Positions 18,961 through 29,525 of a stretch of DNA of 64,000 nucleotides are shown here, piece after piece. The number at the start of each line of letters is the position of its first letter. Position 1 is the first letter of the stretch. The notes beneath the pieces were generated by a model. It worked only from the letters and a program-made list of their open reading frames with translations, made no database searches and was not told the DNA's origin. Source of the stretch: Microgenomates group bacterium Gr01-1014_5 (lineage in GTDB: Bacteria; Patescibacteriota; Microgenomatia; UBA8517; UBA10165); contig VMGE01000002.1 of assembly GCA_007376395.1 (NCBI GenBank), positions 13,118-77,117 of the forward strand. Direction: 5' to 3'. Position numbers and translations under genes: made by a program.

Positions 18961-19578
18961 ATGAGTAATCTACCAACTAACCTCCACGAGGTATTTAAGA
19001 TCTTTGCTCAAAATTTCCGCCCCATACCCTTAGAAGCTGTCTTTAATTCCCCCTTCCAAATTCTTGTTGCCGTCATGCTCTCGGCCCGAACCCGTGATGA
19101 AACAACCGTTAAAATATGCCAAAACCTGTTTAAAATTGCGCCAACTCCTCAAAAACTAAACGTGTTAAGTATCGAGGAGCTCACTGAACTATTGCGTTCC
19201 GTCGGTTTTTACAAAACAAAAGCAAAACATCTTAAAAACTTAACAGAGCGTTTGTTACACAACTTTAAAGGAGAGGTGCCCCAAACCCTCGAAGGTCTAA
19301 CCAGTTTGCCCGGCGTCGGCAGAAAAACCGCCAACATTGTTCTTGGACGCGCATTTAACATACCGGCAATTGGCGTGGATACGCACGTCCACAGAATCGC
19401 CAATACACTTGGATGGGTAAAAACAAAAACTCCTCAAACTACAGAGAAAGAGCTTGTAAAAATCCTGCCTAAAAAGTACTGGATAAAGATAAATCAATAC
19501 TTTGTTTCGATCGGACAGCAATATAGAAACAACAAACAATTGACAAATTTTTTAAAACAAAATAATATTAAGCTATGA
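18961..19578 (+). CDS. nth: Endonuclease III-like HhH-GPD glycosylase lacking Fe-S cysteines
   Basis: LSARTRD, LPGVGRKTAN, VDTHVHR; start at 18919 or 18961. Confidence 0.85.
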   Translation: MSNLPTNLHEVFKIFAQNFRPIPLEAVFNSPFQILVAVMLSARTRDETTVKICQNLFKIAPTPQKLNVLSIEELTELLRSVGFYKTKAKHLKNLTERLLHNFKGEVPQTLEGLTSLPGVGRKTANIVLGRAFNIPAIGVDTHVHRIANTLGWVKTKTPQTTEKELVKILPKKYWIKINQYFVSIGQQYRNNKQLTNFLKQNNIKL

Positions 19579-19976
19579 GTTCTGTTTCGCGGGTAATGTA
19601 CTTTTTGGGTATCCTTTTGTTTTTAATGGGAACATATGGATCACTGCGTATTGTCCATGTGTCTTACCGTGAAGTTCCCTATCCAAGCGCTGGTGTTATG
19701 CCATCTACTTTATTATTTTCAGGATCTTACGCTTTAACTTACGGGGGGCGTGAGTCAGATTGTGACCCATATCCAATGATTTATTACGAAGAAGATAATA
19801 AAACACCAAGAGACGCAACAGAAGAAGAAAAGACACTTGAACAAAGAATGCAAGAGCGTTGTGTTCAGGGTTTTAATGAAGAACGTGCAAAAACCAGACA
19901 ATACGACAAAAATCTTTCAGCCTTTTTGGTCTTTGTCGGAGTAGGCCTCATCTTCTCCCGCCGGTTTGTAGAGTAG
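19575..19976 (+). CDS. Hypothetical two-TM membrane protein
   Basis: Terminal hydrophobic helices and a two-Cys loop; overlaps the nth stop. Confidence 0.65.
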   Translation: MSSVSRVMYFLGILLFLMGTYGSLRIVHVSYREVPYPSAGVMPSTLLFSGSYALTYGGRESDCDPYPMIYYEEDNKTPRDATEEEKTLEQRMQERCVQGFNEERAKTRQYDKNLSAFLVFVGVGLIFSRRFVE

Positions 19977-20414
19977 TTAGCTTTCTAAAATAATTGTCAC
20001 CGGGCCGTCAGCCGCACTTTCAATTTCCATGTAGTTTCCAAAACTGCCAATTTCTACTTTAACACCAAGCTCTTTAAGACTCTGGACAAACCTCTCGTAA
20101 ACTTGCCGTGCTAAATCGGGTTCTGCAGCATTCACAAACGAAGGCCTTCTCCCCCCTGAAGTATCGGCATACAAGGTAAACTGCGAAACAATTAATATTT
20201 CTCCACCCATATCCTTAACAGATAAATTCATCTTTCCATCCTTATCTGCCATTATCCTAAGTTCAACACACTTTTGCGCCATAGCGAAAACTGTGTTGAA
20301 GCTATCTTGCTTACCGACTCCAAGAAGAATAAAAAGTCCGCGGTCTATCTGACCAACAGTTTTCCCTTCTGAAGTAACTTTAGCTTTTTTAACTCTCTGA
20401 ATTACCAGTTTCAT
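19977..20414 (-). CDS. dtd: D-aminoacyl-tRNA deacylase
   Basis: MKLVIQRV, SQFTL, DGPVT. Confidence 0.95.
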   Translation of the reverse strand: MKLVIQRVKKAKVTSEGKTVGQIDRGLFILLGVGKQDSFNTVFAMAQKCVELRIMADKDGKMNLSVKDMGGEILIVSQFTLYADTSGGRRPSFVNAAEPDLARQVYERFVQSLKELGVKVEIGSFGNYMEIESAADGPVTIILES

Positions 20415-20952
20415 TTTTACCTTTAATTAATCTCGAAGCCCACTCTTCTAAATCATGCTCTCTATTTCTAAACTGTTCAATAATCTCGTGTCTAATATTC
20501 CAGGCAAGTTCTGAAATATCAGCAATATACGGATGTATCCTATTAGTCCATGCTTGTAAATAATCTGCGCATATTTTCGCATATTTTGCCTGAGGTAACA
20601 TTATCAGCGTTATCACTTGCTTTTTATCTTCGCAATCTTCAATTAATTGCACTCTCGCTAGGTTAAGCCCAAGAGGAATACTGTCTGCGCGGGACTCTCT
20701 GGATATTGTTAGACCTGTGGTAAGAATACTTGTCAGTGCCTGAAGTCTTTCCGGCTCATAAACAGGAGAAAGCGGACCTGCAAAAATATCAATATATTCT
20801 ACCGGATGCCCAGAAGTACCTGATTCTGTATCAACCCTTACAACTTCCTGGAAGTAGATCTCGTTTCCTAACTTTAACCGCTCACGAAGAACTTTAAGAA
20901 TATTATTACATATCAATTCGCGAGGCGATTCGCCAATAAGTATTTCAGTCAT
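20389..20952 (-). CDS. Hypothetical protein
   Basis: Long ORF with TATAAT 7 nt before ATG 20952. Confidence 0.55.
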   Translation of the reverse strand: MTEILIGESPRELICNNILKVLRERLKLGNEIYFQEVVRVDTESGTSGHPVEYIDIFAGPLSPVYEPERLQALTSILTTGLTISRESRADSIPLGLNLARVQLIEDCEDKKQVITLIMLPQAKYAKICADYLQAWTNRIHPYIADISELAWNIRHEIIEQFRNREHDLEEWASRLIKGKNETGNSES

Positions 20953-21003
20953 GGAAGACATTATACCCTGTAGTATATCGCGGGTGCAAATTTAAATAAA
21001 CAG

Positions 21004-21744
21004 TTAACCACTATTAACCCTTATTTGTTTAAAATTGGCAATTTCTACTTTCGCATTAGGTAAATCTAACAAACTAAAATTAGAAGAGCCTTGTGGAATG
21101 GCGTTTAATTTATAGATTGAAGGATCTATTACACCTGGGTCATCTGTTCTAATATGCATTCCACCGCCCATTATTGAAGTTCCTCTTGTTCCCCAACCAC
21201 TAACGAGAGAAAGATGTAAATGAACTAGCCGACCTTCATCTCCTTTAGGATCTTTATATAATTCACCTATCACATCGCCTTTTTTAACAGTTACCCCAAA
21301 ATAAACCGTTGGTCGAACATGCACATATGTAGAGAACATCCCGCTATCATCTGCACCATGTTCTATGTTTATCATAATTCCATATCCGCCACCTACCGCT
21401 TCTGGTGTATCTAAAACTTGTTTTACCACCCCATCAGCAACTGCGCGAATCTTCGTATCCTCCGATAATCCTAGAACAACTCTATTATCTGTTGTTACAT
21501 ACGCTGCAAAATCAAATCCGTTATGACCCTTTTTTGTTTCCCTATCAAATAGAAATCCATTCCAATTTACCCACTCTTTAAAATTGGGGATGTCTGAGCT
21601 GTTAATAGGTAAGGACGTATCTAATTCAGGAGACCACTCTTTAGTGTCTTTGTCTAATGACCTTCTTACTATTTGATTCTTTTTATCAAAGACTAATTCC
21701 AGAGGATTAATTATTAGAATTTCTTTAGGAACGCCGTCTGTCAT
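21004..21744 (-). CDS. M23 family peptidase
   Basis: HNGFD, AVADGVV, YVHV, HLH. Confidence 0.85.
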   Translation of the reverse strand: MTDGVPKEILIINPLELVFDKKNQIVRRSLDKDTKEWSPELDTSLPINSSDIPNFKEWVNWNGFLFDRETKKGHNGFDFAAYVTTDNRVVLGLSEDTKIRAVADGVVKQVLDTPEAVGGGYGIMINIEHGADDSGMFSTYVHVRPTVYFGVTVKKGDVIGELYKDPKGDEGRLVHLHLSLVSGWGTRGTSIMGGGMHIRTDDPGVIDPSIYKLNAIPQGSSNFSLLDLPNAKVEIANFKQIRVNSG

Positions 21745-21784
21745 GTGCCAAGTATATCACGAAAACGGATAACTAACTTCATTT

Positions 21785-22450
21785 TTATCCAGAAGACAAT
21801 TCAGGATTTCTTTTGTAGCTTGATCCGATAAGCCAACCTGTAACAAAACCGCCAACGTGCGCTAGATACGCAACTCCCCCAACATCTCCCGGCGAAAAGG
21901 CAATAGAACCTACGCCTGAGAAAAGTTGGGTAACAAACCAGTAGATTAACATTACCGAGGCAGGAATATTGACTACTGAAACAAACCCCATGACCGGAAC
22001 CAAAGTCTTAATTGTATGGTGCGGAAACATGGCAAAGTAAGCTCCTAAGACCCCTGCCACAGCTCCGGACGCGCCGAGCATGGGAATATCAGAATAAGGC
22101 GAGAGCATGTATTGCGCCAATCCCCCCACGACCCCAGCCAAAGTGTAAAAAACCGGGAAAAAGACTTGACCCAGCTTTTCCTCAACATTGTCGCCAAAAA
22201 CCCAAAGAAAAAGCATGTTGGAAGCAATATGCAAAAATCCGCCATGTAAATACTGGCTGGTTACAAAAGGAATTAGGGTTGACCAATTGCCAAAATCGAC
22301 AAGTGACGGAACAAGGGCGTACTGGTAAATAAAGCTTTCCAAATCCGGCGAGTTAAGCTGTATAAAGAATACAAAGACGCTTAGTGCAATAATGGCAATT
22401 GTCCAAAAAGGAAAAATACCAGCAGGGTGAGAGTCTTTTAAGGGAATCAT
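21785..22450 (-). CDS. Rhomboid intramembrane serine protease
   Basis: HGGFLHIASNM, GASGA, AHVGG. Confidence 0.93.
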   Translation of the reverse strand: MIPLKDSHPAGIFPFWTIAIIALSVFVFFIQLNSPDLESFIYQYALVPSLVDFGNWSTLIPFVTSQYLHGGFLHIASNMLFLWVFGDNVEEKLGQVFFPVFYTLAGVVGGLAQYMLSPYSDIPMLGASGAVAGVLGAYFAMFPHHTIKTLVPVMGFVSVVNIPASVMLIYWFVTQLFSGVGSIAFSPGDVGGVAYLAHVGGFVTGWLIGSSYKRNPELSSG

Positions 22451-23994
22451 ATTAAGTCATCAGTCTTTGGTCTGAATTGTAAAGCTTCAGAGACGTATCC
22501 TGAGATAATATCACGGCTGTCTGCTAAGTCTGCAATAGTCCTCGCAATTTTTAACACCTTGTAATACGAGCGTGCGGAGAGGTTCAACTGGAGGGTTGCT
22601 TGACGTAATAGGATTTGAGAGGTGTTATCTAAAACACAGAATTGTTTTGTTTGTTTTGTCGACATCTCAGAGTTTGACTTAATCCGCCTTACAGACGACA
22701 ACTTTGCAAATCTTTTTAGTTGTATATTTCTCGCCTTTTGCACGCGCTTTTGGATAGTTTTTGAATTTTCAGAGTCAGAGTTTGTCGCTATCAATTTTTC
22801 TATTCTGACTTGGGGAATATCTAGATGAATATCAATACGGTCAAGGATTGGCCCTGAAATCCTTTTTTGATAACGGGAGATTTGTCCCGGTAAACAGCGG
22901 CAGTGCCTTGTATCTGATCCGTAATAGCCGCAAGGACAAGGATTGGCAGCAGCAACCAAAGTAAATTGGGCAGGATAAGCAACTGTTCCTGCGGCGCGGG
23001 AAATAGTGACAACGCCGTCTTCCATTGGCTGGCGCAAAGCTTCTAAGACGTGCCGCGGGAACTCGGGAAACTCATCCAAAAACAAAACCCCTCTGTGCGC
23101 CAGAGATATTTCACCTGGTAAAGGGTGTGAACTGCCTCCTATCAAACCAATACGACTGGTTGTGTGATGAGGACTCCTAAAAGGACGCGAACGGACAACC
23201 GATTGCCCCTCCGGTAAATTTCCAGTAATCGAATAGATTTTAGTTACTTCTAACGCTTCGTCTTCAGTCAGTTCTGGTAAAATTCCCGGGAAAGCCCGGG
23301 CAATCATTGTCTTTCCGCTTCCTGGCGTGCCTTTCATAAACACGTTATGACTGCCGGCTGCCGCTATCTCCATTGCGCGCTTGGCATGTTCCTGTCCTTG
23401 AATTTCGGCAAAATCGAACTCGATTTGGGTTTTCTCTAATAGTTTGCGAAAAGGAGTTGTTGGAAAAGGCTCAATTTCTTGTACCCCTGACATATGGCGG
23501 AAAAGCCCGATTAAATTTTCAACCGGATAAACTTTTATGCCGCGCACTACCGAGGCTTCCTGTGCATTCATTTTCGGAACAAAGAGATGACTTTTGCCTT
23601 TTTCTTTCGCCAGTATCGCCAAAGGTAAAACGCCTGCCGTGTGGCGCAGTGACCCGTCTAAAGAAAGCTCTCCGCAAAAAAAGAATTGGGTCAAGTCACG
23701 AGGGGGTAATTGTTCTGAAGCAAACAAAACTCCAACCGCCATCGGAAGATCAAAGGCTGGGCCTACTTTTGGCAAGTCAGCCGGAGCAAGGTTGACTGTT
23801 ATACGGCGGGGAGGAAAATCTGCTCCGGAGTTTTTAAGCGCAGAACGCACACGCTCTTTTGCTTCTTCGACTGCTTTGTCTGGAAGACCAACTATATTGA
23901 AGGCCGGAAGTCCTTGAGAAGCAATATCCACCTCAACATCAATTAAAACTCCATTAAGTCCAACTGTCGCCCCAGAATAAACCTTGGCAAGCAC
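22447..23994 (-). CDS. comM: YifB/ComM Mg-chelatase-like AAA+ ATPase
   Basis: VNLAPADLPK, GTPGSGKT, PFRSPHH, FLDEFPE. Confidence 0.92.
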   Translation of the reverse strand: MLAKVYSGATVGLNGVLIDVEVDIASQGLPAFNIVGLPDKAVEEAKERVRSALKNSGADFPPRRITVNLAPADLPKVGPAFDLPMAVGVLFASEQLPPRDLTQFFFCGELSLDGSLRHTAGVLPLAILAKEKGKSHLFVPKMNAQEASVVRGIKVYPVENLIGLFRHMSGVQEIEPFPTTPFRKLLEKTQIEFDFAEIQGQEHAKRAMEIAAAGSHNVFMKGTPGSGKTMIARAFPGILPELTEDEALEVTKIYSITGNLPEGQSVVRSRPFRSPHHTTSRIGLIGGSSHPLPGEISLAHRGVLFLDEFPEFPRHVLEALRQPMEDGVVTISRAAGTVAYPAQFTLVAAANPCPCGYYGSDTRHCRCLPGQISRYQKRISGPILDRIDIHLDIPQVRIEKLIATNSDSENSKTIQKRVQKARNIQLKRFAKLSSVRRIKSNSEMSTKQTKQFCVLDNTSQILLRQATLQLNLSARSYYKVLKIARTIADLADSRDIISGYVSEALQFRPKTDDLI

Positions 23995-24001
23995 AGTTTT
24001 A

Positions 24002-25648
24002 CTATACCACTTTATTTTCAGAGGCAGCCTTTGTAAAAGCTAAGAAAATTGGATGGGGAGAAAGCGGACGGGACTTAAGCTCTGGATGAAATTGAACACC
24101 GACAAAAAACGGGTGTGATGTTTTGTTTAATTCAATCGCTTCGACTAATTTTTTGTCAGGAGACAAACCGGAAAATAATATTCCGTTTTTCTCAAAAACT
24201 TTTCTGTAAGTATTGTTAAATTCGTATCTATGTCTGTGACGCTCTGAAATCTCTCTTTTTTTATATATTTCCCGAAGTAAACTGCCTTTTTTAACACGGC
24301 AATCCCAAGCGCCTAATCTTATTGTGCCGCCAAATTGCTTTTTGGCTAAATACGCTTTTTGGCCGGGCATGATATGGATAATTTTCTCGGGAGCTGTACT
24401 GTCAACTTCTTCAGAATTTGCTTTTTGGTAACCTAATACATTTCTGGCGAATTCTACAGCCGCCATCTGCATCCCAAAACACAATCCAAGAAAAGGGATT
24501 TTATTTTCTCTGGCATATTTAACTGCGCGGATTTTTCCCTCTGTGCCTCTAGATCCCCAACCTTGCGGAACTAAGACGCCGTCCAATCCCTTCAATAATT
24601 CCTCCTCTTTTGAAACCTTTTCTAATTTTTCTGCATCCACCCATTTGATATTTAATTTTGTTCCTTGCTTGAAACAAGCGTGTTTTAAGGCTTCGTTAAC
24701 ACAAACATAAGCATCCTCAAGACTATATTCATCCGAGGAGATGTATTTTCCGACAATCCCAATATTAATTTCCTTGTCGGAAATCTTAGAATTTGCCACC
24801 ATCTTTTCCCATTCCGCTAAATCTTTTTTGCGGCTTTTAATCTTTAATTTTTCTAAAATTTTGTTTGTTAAGTTTTGTTTTTCCAAAACTAGAGGTACTT
24901 CATAAATTGTTTCTACGTCTGGATTAGAAATTACGTCTTCTAAATCAAGTGAGGCAGAAAAGGCAATTTTCCCGCGGCGTTTGTTGTCGACATATTTTTC
25001 GGCCCTGGCGATAACAAAGTCCGGACGCAATCCCAAAGAGTTTAATTCATGAATTGATTGCTGTAACGGTTTGGATTTTAACTCGCCTAAATTTTTTGGT
25101 AAAGGTAAGTATCCTACGTGAAGCAATAAAACCGAGGATGGGTGTTTAATTTTAAGGCGCCTTATCGCCTCGAAAAACATGATATTTTGGTATTCACCAA
25201 CAGTACCTCCAAGCTCAACTATAACTATTTCTTGGTTTTTGGCCGCAATATTTATCCTCCGGATAATTTCCTCGGGGATCTCTGAATATGTGTCAACTGT
25301 TTGCCCGTTGTACTCAAGCCGGCGTTCGCGGTTTAAGACCTCCCAATACACTTGTCCTGCTGTAATATAGTTTCTTCCGGGCAAACTCTCACCCAAAAAC
25401 CTCTCGTAATGTCCCAAATCCTGATCCGTCTCTGCTTTGTCATCAGTAACAAAAACCTCTCCATGCTCTACTGGATTCATTGTTCCGGCGTCAATATTTA
25501 AATACATGTCGCACTTGACAGCTGTTACCTTAAAACCTCTGGATTTAAGAAGAAGCGCAATTGAAGCAGTTGTTATTCCTTTACCGACTCCCGACAAAAC
25601 TCCCCCTGAAACAAAAATATACTTAAGAGATTTTTTTGTGTCCTGCAT
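24002..25648 (-). CDS. pyrG: CTP synthase
   Basis: GGVLSGVGKG, GLCFGMQ, ERHRHRYE, QFHPE. Confidence 0.97.
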   Translation of the reverse strand: MQDTKKSLKYIFVSGGVLSGVGKGITTASIALLLKSRGFKVTAVKCDMYLNIDAGTMNPVEHGEVFVTDDKAETDQDLGHYERFLGESLPGRNYITAGQVYWEVLNRERRLEYNGQTVDTYSEIPEEIIRRINIAAKNQEIVIVELGGTVGEYQNIMFFEAIRRLKIKHPSSVLLLHVGYLPLPKNLGELKSKPLQQSIHELNSLGLRPDFVIARAEKYVDNKRRGKIAFSASLDLEDVISNPDVETIYEVPLVLEKQNLTNKILEKLKIKSRKKDLAEWEKMVANSKISDKEINIGIVGKYISSDEYSLEDAYVCVNEALKHACFKQGTKLNIKWVDAEKLEKVSKEEELLKGLDGVLVPQGWGSRGTEGKIRAVKYARENKIPFLGLCFGMQMAAVEFARNVLGYQKANSEEVDSTAPEKIIHIMPGQKAYLAKKQFGGTIRLGAWDCRVKKGSLLREIYKKREISERHRHRYEFNNTYRKVFEKNGILFSGLSPDKKLVEAIELNKTSHPFFVGVQFHPELKSRPLSPHPIFLAFTKAASENKVV

Positions 25649-25785
25649 TAAAGCTCCGAGGGTTAAAACCCTCGCATCTTAGTCCGTTACTCGAATACGG
25701 ACTTAAAGATATTTACCAAAAATCCAGACACTAAGCAACAACCAATCACAATCCAGACAAGTAAAATACATCAAATATTGTGTTT

Positions 25786-26778
25786 CTATATTCTGGCCTT
25801 TTTAAAGTATTCCAAATCTCGAACCAATTCAACTTTCGCATGATCAAGGCCTGGATTATTTCCAGTTTCTGCATAATAAACGGAAACGTGTAAACAAAAT
25901 ATCATTCTAAAAAGATGGATCTTAAAATCAAAATCGTCTCCAATTAACTCTTTGTTTTTGTATCCTTCAACAAGCCAGCTTAAAGGGAATTTTTCTCCCC
26001 AATAATAGTCCCAGCGCGCCATTTCCTGTAAAGGATACCCTCCGTGGACTGTCTCGAAATCAATTATCCCTGTTATTTTTCCGTTTGCTACTAAAATATG
26101 TTTTGGCGAAAAGTCATTATGTAACAGCACGCTTTGAGAAACTTCATCAAACACAGCGTCATTTGCTTTGATAATTTTTAAAGCTTTTTGTATAAGTTTG
26201 TCACTGATTCCGGTTTTTGCCTCAGAGCGTCCAAATTTGTCAACTTTATCGAGTCTGTCTTCTATGTATTCTCTATATGTTTCAAATCGGCCATTACCTT
26301 CTTTGTCTAAACCCCCAAACTTAGTCAATTTAATCGTGTGGATTGTGCTCAACATTTCTCCTGCCTGAAGAACAATATTCTTCAACGTCTTTTTGTCACC
26401 ACTTTTTATTTCGCCAAGACTTACACCTGGAAGCTTTTCCAAAACTGACACTCTGACTGTTTCTGTGCCATCGGTAATTTCTCCAACAAACAAAACTCTT
26501 GGTACTGGTAAGCCTAGTTCTTTGCATTTGCCGATAGCCCAAGTTTCTGCCTCGTAGTCACTCCACTCGTTACGACAAATTCTGATAACGATTTCTTGAC
26601 TGTCATCAGTTTTAATATCATAGACTTCGCTGTTTTCTCCTTTAATTAGACGTTCTCTCGTTTTTGTTTTCTGTCCTGTCGCTTTTTCAACAATCTTAGA
26701 TAGCAAACCCTCTGACACTTGGTGTTTACTATGCCTTTTTTCTAAAAATTGTTGGTATGTCTGTTTAGACTTTCTCAT
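25786..26778 (-). CDS. Aminoglycoside phosphotransferase (APH)-family kinase
   Basis: LPVPRV, LHNDF, GIIDFE. Confidence 0.8.
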   Translation of the reverse strand: MRKSKQTYQQFLEKRHSKHQVSEGLLSKIVEKATGQKTKTRERLIKGENSEVYDIKTDDSQEIVIRICRNEWSDYEAETWAIGKCKELGLPVPRVLFVGEITDGTETVRVSVLEKLPGVSLGEIKSGDKKTLKNIVLQAGEMLSTIHTIKLTKFGGLDKEGNGRFETYREYIEDRLDKVDKFGRSEAKTGISDKLIQKALKIIKANDAVFDEVSQSVLLHNDFSPKHILVANGKITGIIDFETVHGGYPLQEMARWDYYWGEKFPLSWLVEGYKNKELIGDDFDFKIHLFRMIFCLHVSVYYAETGNNPGLDHAKVELVRDLEYFKKARI

Positions 26779-26791
26779 TTGGAAAGTATAC

Positions 26792-26878
26792 TATGAACTT
26801 GTTTTGAAACAAGTTCTCACAACTCACATTATACAATTTAGCAAAGCTAACACGTGAGTTGCGAAACGAGTTTTATGT
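26792..26878 (+). repeat. About 80-bp two-hairpin dispersed element, copy A
   Basis: Aligns end to end with the reverse complement of 55392-55468. Confidence 0.8.
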
Positions 26879-26885
26879 TTAAGAT

Positions 26886-28292
26886 ATGTCGGGTCAGAAT
26901 CCCACAATAATAATAATCTTCGGAGCAACCGGGGACTTGACTGCCAAGAAAATTGCCCCGGCCCTATTCCACCTCTGGGCTAAAAACAGACTTCCTCAAA
27001 AGCTAAAAGTCGTTGGCTTCTCTAGACGTGCATTAACTGACGAAAAATTCCAAGAATATATTCAAGGGCTAGTCAAAAAAGATTCCCATATTAAGTTTAA
27101 CAAAAAGACACTCGACTCTTACCTTCAGCTTTTCAACTACCAGCAAGGCGACTTTAGCGTTAAAGAAGATTATCTTATGCTTGAAGAGTACCTCGAAAAA
27201 TTAGAAAACGATTGGGGGCAAAAAGCCAACAAGCTATTTTACCTTGCCGTGCCGCCGACGCTTTATGAAGGCATTTTTGAACACCTTTCTTCAACAAAAA
27301 TAGCCCGCGAGCAAAAAGGAACCTGGAATAGAATTGTTGTCGAAAAACCGTTTGGCAATGATTTAAAAACAGCTGAAAAGTTAGATGAGATTCTAGGTAA
27401 GTTATTTAGCGAAGAACAAATCTACCGCATAGACCATTATCTGGGCAAAGATCTTTTGCAAAATATTATAGCCTTCCGTTTTTCCAACAACCTCCTTGAA
27501 CATAGTTGGAATAATAAATTAATTGAGAGTATTGAAATACACCTGAATGAATCAAGCGGAATTGACGATGACCGGGGCGATTCATATGACCCGGTAGGAG
27601 CTCTGCGGGATGTTGGACAAAACCATCTTTTACAAATGCTTGCCCTGGTTACTATGGATAATCCCATGAATTTTTCTGCAAAACAGATAAGACAAAATAG
27701 AGCAAAAATTATAGAGACTTTAAAACCTTTCACTCTCCAAGAGATCAAAAAACAAACTTTTCGCGGTCAATATGAAGGCTATAGAAAAGTTAAAAATGTC
27801 CCGGATTATTCCCAAACAGAAACCTATTTTAAAATCACAGGTGAATTAAAATCTCCCCGCTGGAAAGGGGTCTCGTTTGTTCTGGAAAGCGGGAAAAAAC
27901 TTCCTTCTCAGCGAAAAGAGATTATCGTTACTTTTAAACAAACAGGGGGACGAAAAAACAAAGTTGTCTTTTCTCTAGAGCCAAGAGAAAAAATTACCAT
28001 ACTTTTTTGGGCGAAAAAACCCGGGCTGGATATGGAAATTGAGGAAAGGGAGTTTGATTTTTCCTACCGGCGCGAGCACGAACAGGATGGGGAGCAAACA
28101 GCCGCTTATGAAAAACTTTTACTGGACTGTTTAACAGGAGACCAGACACTCTTTGTTTCGACTGAAGAAGTACGGGCAATGTGGAGGTTTATCGATCCAA
28201 TAATCAGAGCGTGGCAAGAAGATAAAGTCCCCCTTGAGATTCACAAACAAAGAGAAACTCCGGCAAACAAGATTACTCGTGTCCGCCGGTAG
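26886..28292 (+). CDS. zwf: Glucose-6-phosphate dehydrogenase
   Basis: GATGDL, EKPFG, RIDHYLGK, QNHLLQ. Confidence 0.96.
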   Translation: MSGQNPTIIIIFGATGDLTAKKIAPALFHLWAKNRLPQKLKVVGFSRRALTDEKFQEYIQGLVKKDSHIKFNKKTLDSYLQLFNYQQGDFSVKEDYLMLEEYLEKLENDWGQKANKLFYLAVPPTLYEGIFEHLSSTKIAREQKGTWNRIVVEKPFGNDLKTAEKLDEILGKLFSEEQIYRIDHYLGKDLLQNIIAFRFSNNLLEHSWNNKLIESIEIHLNESSGIDDDRGDSYDPVGALRDVGQNHLLQMLALVTMDNPMNFSAKQIRQNRAKIIETLKPFTLQEIKKQTFRGQYEGYRKVKNVPDYSQTETYFKITGELKSPRWKGVSFVLESGKKLPSQRKEIIVTFKQTGGRKNKVVFSLEPREKITILFWAKKPGLDMEIEEREFDFSYRREHEQDGEQTAAYEKLLLDCLTGDQTLFVSTEEVRAMWRFIDPIIRAWQEDKVPLEIHKQRETPANKITRVRR

Positions 28293-28311
28293 CTTCAATT
28301 TACCAAGAGAA

Positions 28312-28995
28312 TTATTTACTAATTCTCTTGTACCAATCTTCAAGGACTTTAGACACTAAATCTTTCGCGCCAAGACCAATAGAAAGGCCAAAGATTAGAG
28401 TTAGTGTGTAAGTTAAACCTTGGAAAAAGGTTTCACTTAAAGACTCGGCAATTTGCAGCTGGTCAATTGCCGCAAAGAAAGCAACAACCAAAATTACCCA
28501 GCGGGCAAGTCTGCCTACGGGCCGCGCCGCTTCGTGATCGATCGTCGCAAAAGCGCCGCGGACTAATCCATCAGCTAAATTGGCTATTACAAACCCCGCC
28601 CCAAAAATAAGAGCTGAGGCAAAGACGTTAGGTATATAGCCCAGCAATTGAGCCAAAACTTGAGAAACTGTCGTCAACCCTAAAACGTCGACCGCCGCCA
28701 AGAAAAAGACCAAGAGTAAAATCCAGCGGATAACATCTCCCACGAGTTCACTAGCTGAAAATTTAACTCCTGCTCGCTCCAAATACTTTGCAAAACCAGA
28801 GCTGTGAGAAATATCCTCTAGTTTCACCGCTTTAAGTAATTCCTCGATCAACCTTTTTCCCCAAGATGCAATCACGATTCCTACGACAAAAATGATAATT
28901 GAACCAATTAATCTGGGTACAAAAGCGAGGAGGGTATTCGATACTTGAAGCCAAGAAGCAAGGAGTGCACTCTGCCAAACTTGTAGTACGTTCAT
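28312..28995 (-). CDS. TM-helix-repeat protein (CmpX/MscS N-terminal type)
   Basis: Two (F/Y)(V/I)P-hydrophobic repeats; ends GLSIGLGAKD. Confidence 0.8.
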   Translation of the reverse strand: MNVLQVWQSALLASWLQVSNTLLAFVPRLIGSIIIFVVGIVIASWGKRLIEELLKAVKLEDISHSSGFAKYLERAGVKFSASELVGDVIRWILLLVFFLAAVDVLGLTTVSQVLAQLLGYIPNVFASALIFGAGFVIANLADGLVRGAFATIDHEAARPVGRLARWVILVVAFFAAIDQLQIAESLSETFFQGLTYTLTLIFGLSIGLGAKDLVSKVLEDWYKRISK

Positions 28996-29122
28996 GTGTT
29001 CTCACCTCCCGCCATATAACGTAATTTGTATATTTTGCTCAGTATCGTGAAAACTTAGATAGTTGTCAAGTGTTTTTCATTATCGGCTTGAAAAATAAGG
29101 CCAATAAGGGTATAATTATTCA

Positions 29123-29478
29123 CCCTAGGAAGCAGGACGATTAGGCGCCAACAGCTACTTTGGTTGCGGGTGTCAGGAAAGTCCAGGCAGCAGGAAGCAG
29201 GGTGCCCAGCGTAAGCTGGGGCGGGAGACCGCCAGTAAGAGCCACAGAGACTACGACTCATTTCTAACCGAAAGGTTGGAAAAAGAGGGTGAAAAGCCCC
29301 ATACACTCCGCAAGGAGCCGAGGGGTCCTTCCATAGCTCGCAAGAGCGACGGAGGGAGGCAATCCTCCCCGCTGCAACCTCCGAATGGTGTGTTTGACCG
29401 GCTTCCGGAAGCACCGAAGTTTGAGGGCTTAGACAGATTATCGTCGAGAAACAGAACCTGGCTTACTAGCTTCCTGGG
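29123..29478 (+). ncRNA. rnpB: RNase P RNA
   Basis: GGAAAGTCC and ACAGAACCTGGCTTA P4 strands; P1 ctaggaagc/gcttcctgg; gtgaaa and GNRA loops. Confidence 0.93.
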
Positions 29479-29486
29479 ATATGATT

Positions 29487-29512
29487 AGCGCACGCCTAAA
29501 GCGTGCGCTTTT
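29487..29512 (+). terminator. rnpB terminator
   Basis: agcgcacgc-ctaaa-gcgtgcgct followed by ttt. Confidence 0.75.
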
Positions 29513-29525
29513 CTGTATAGGGCTA

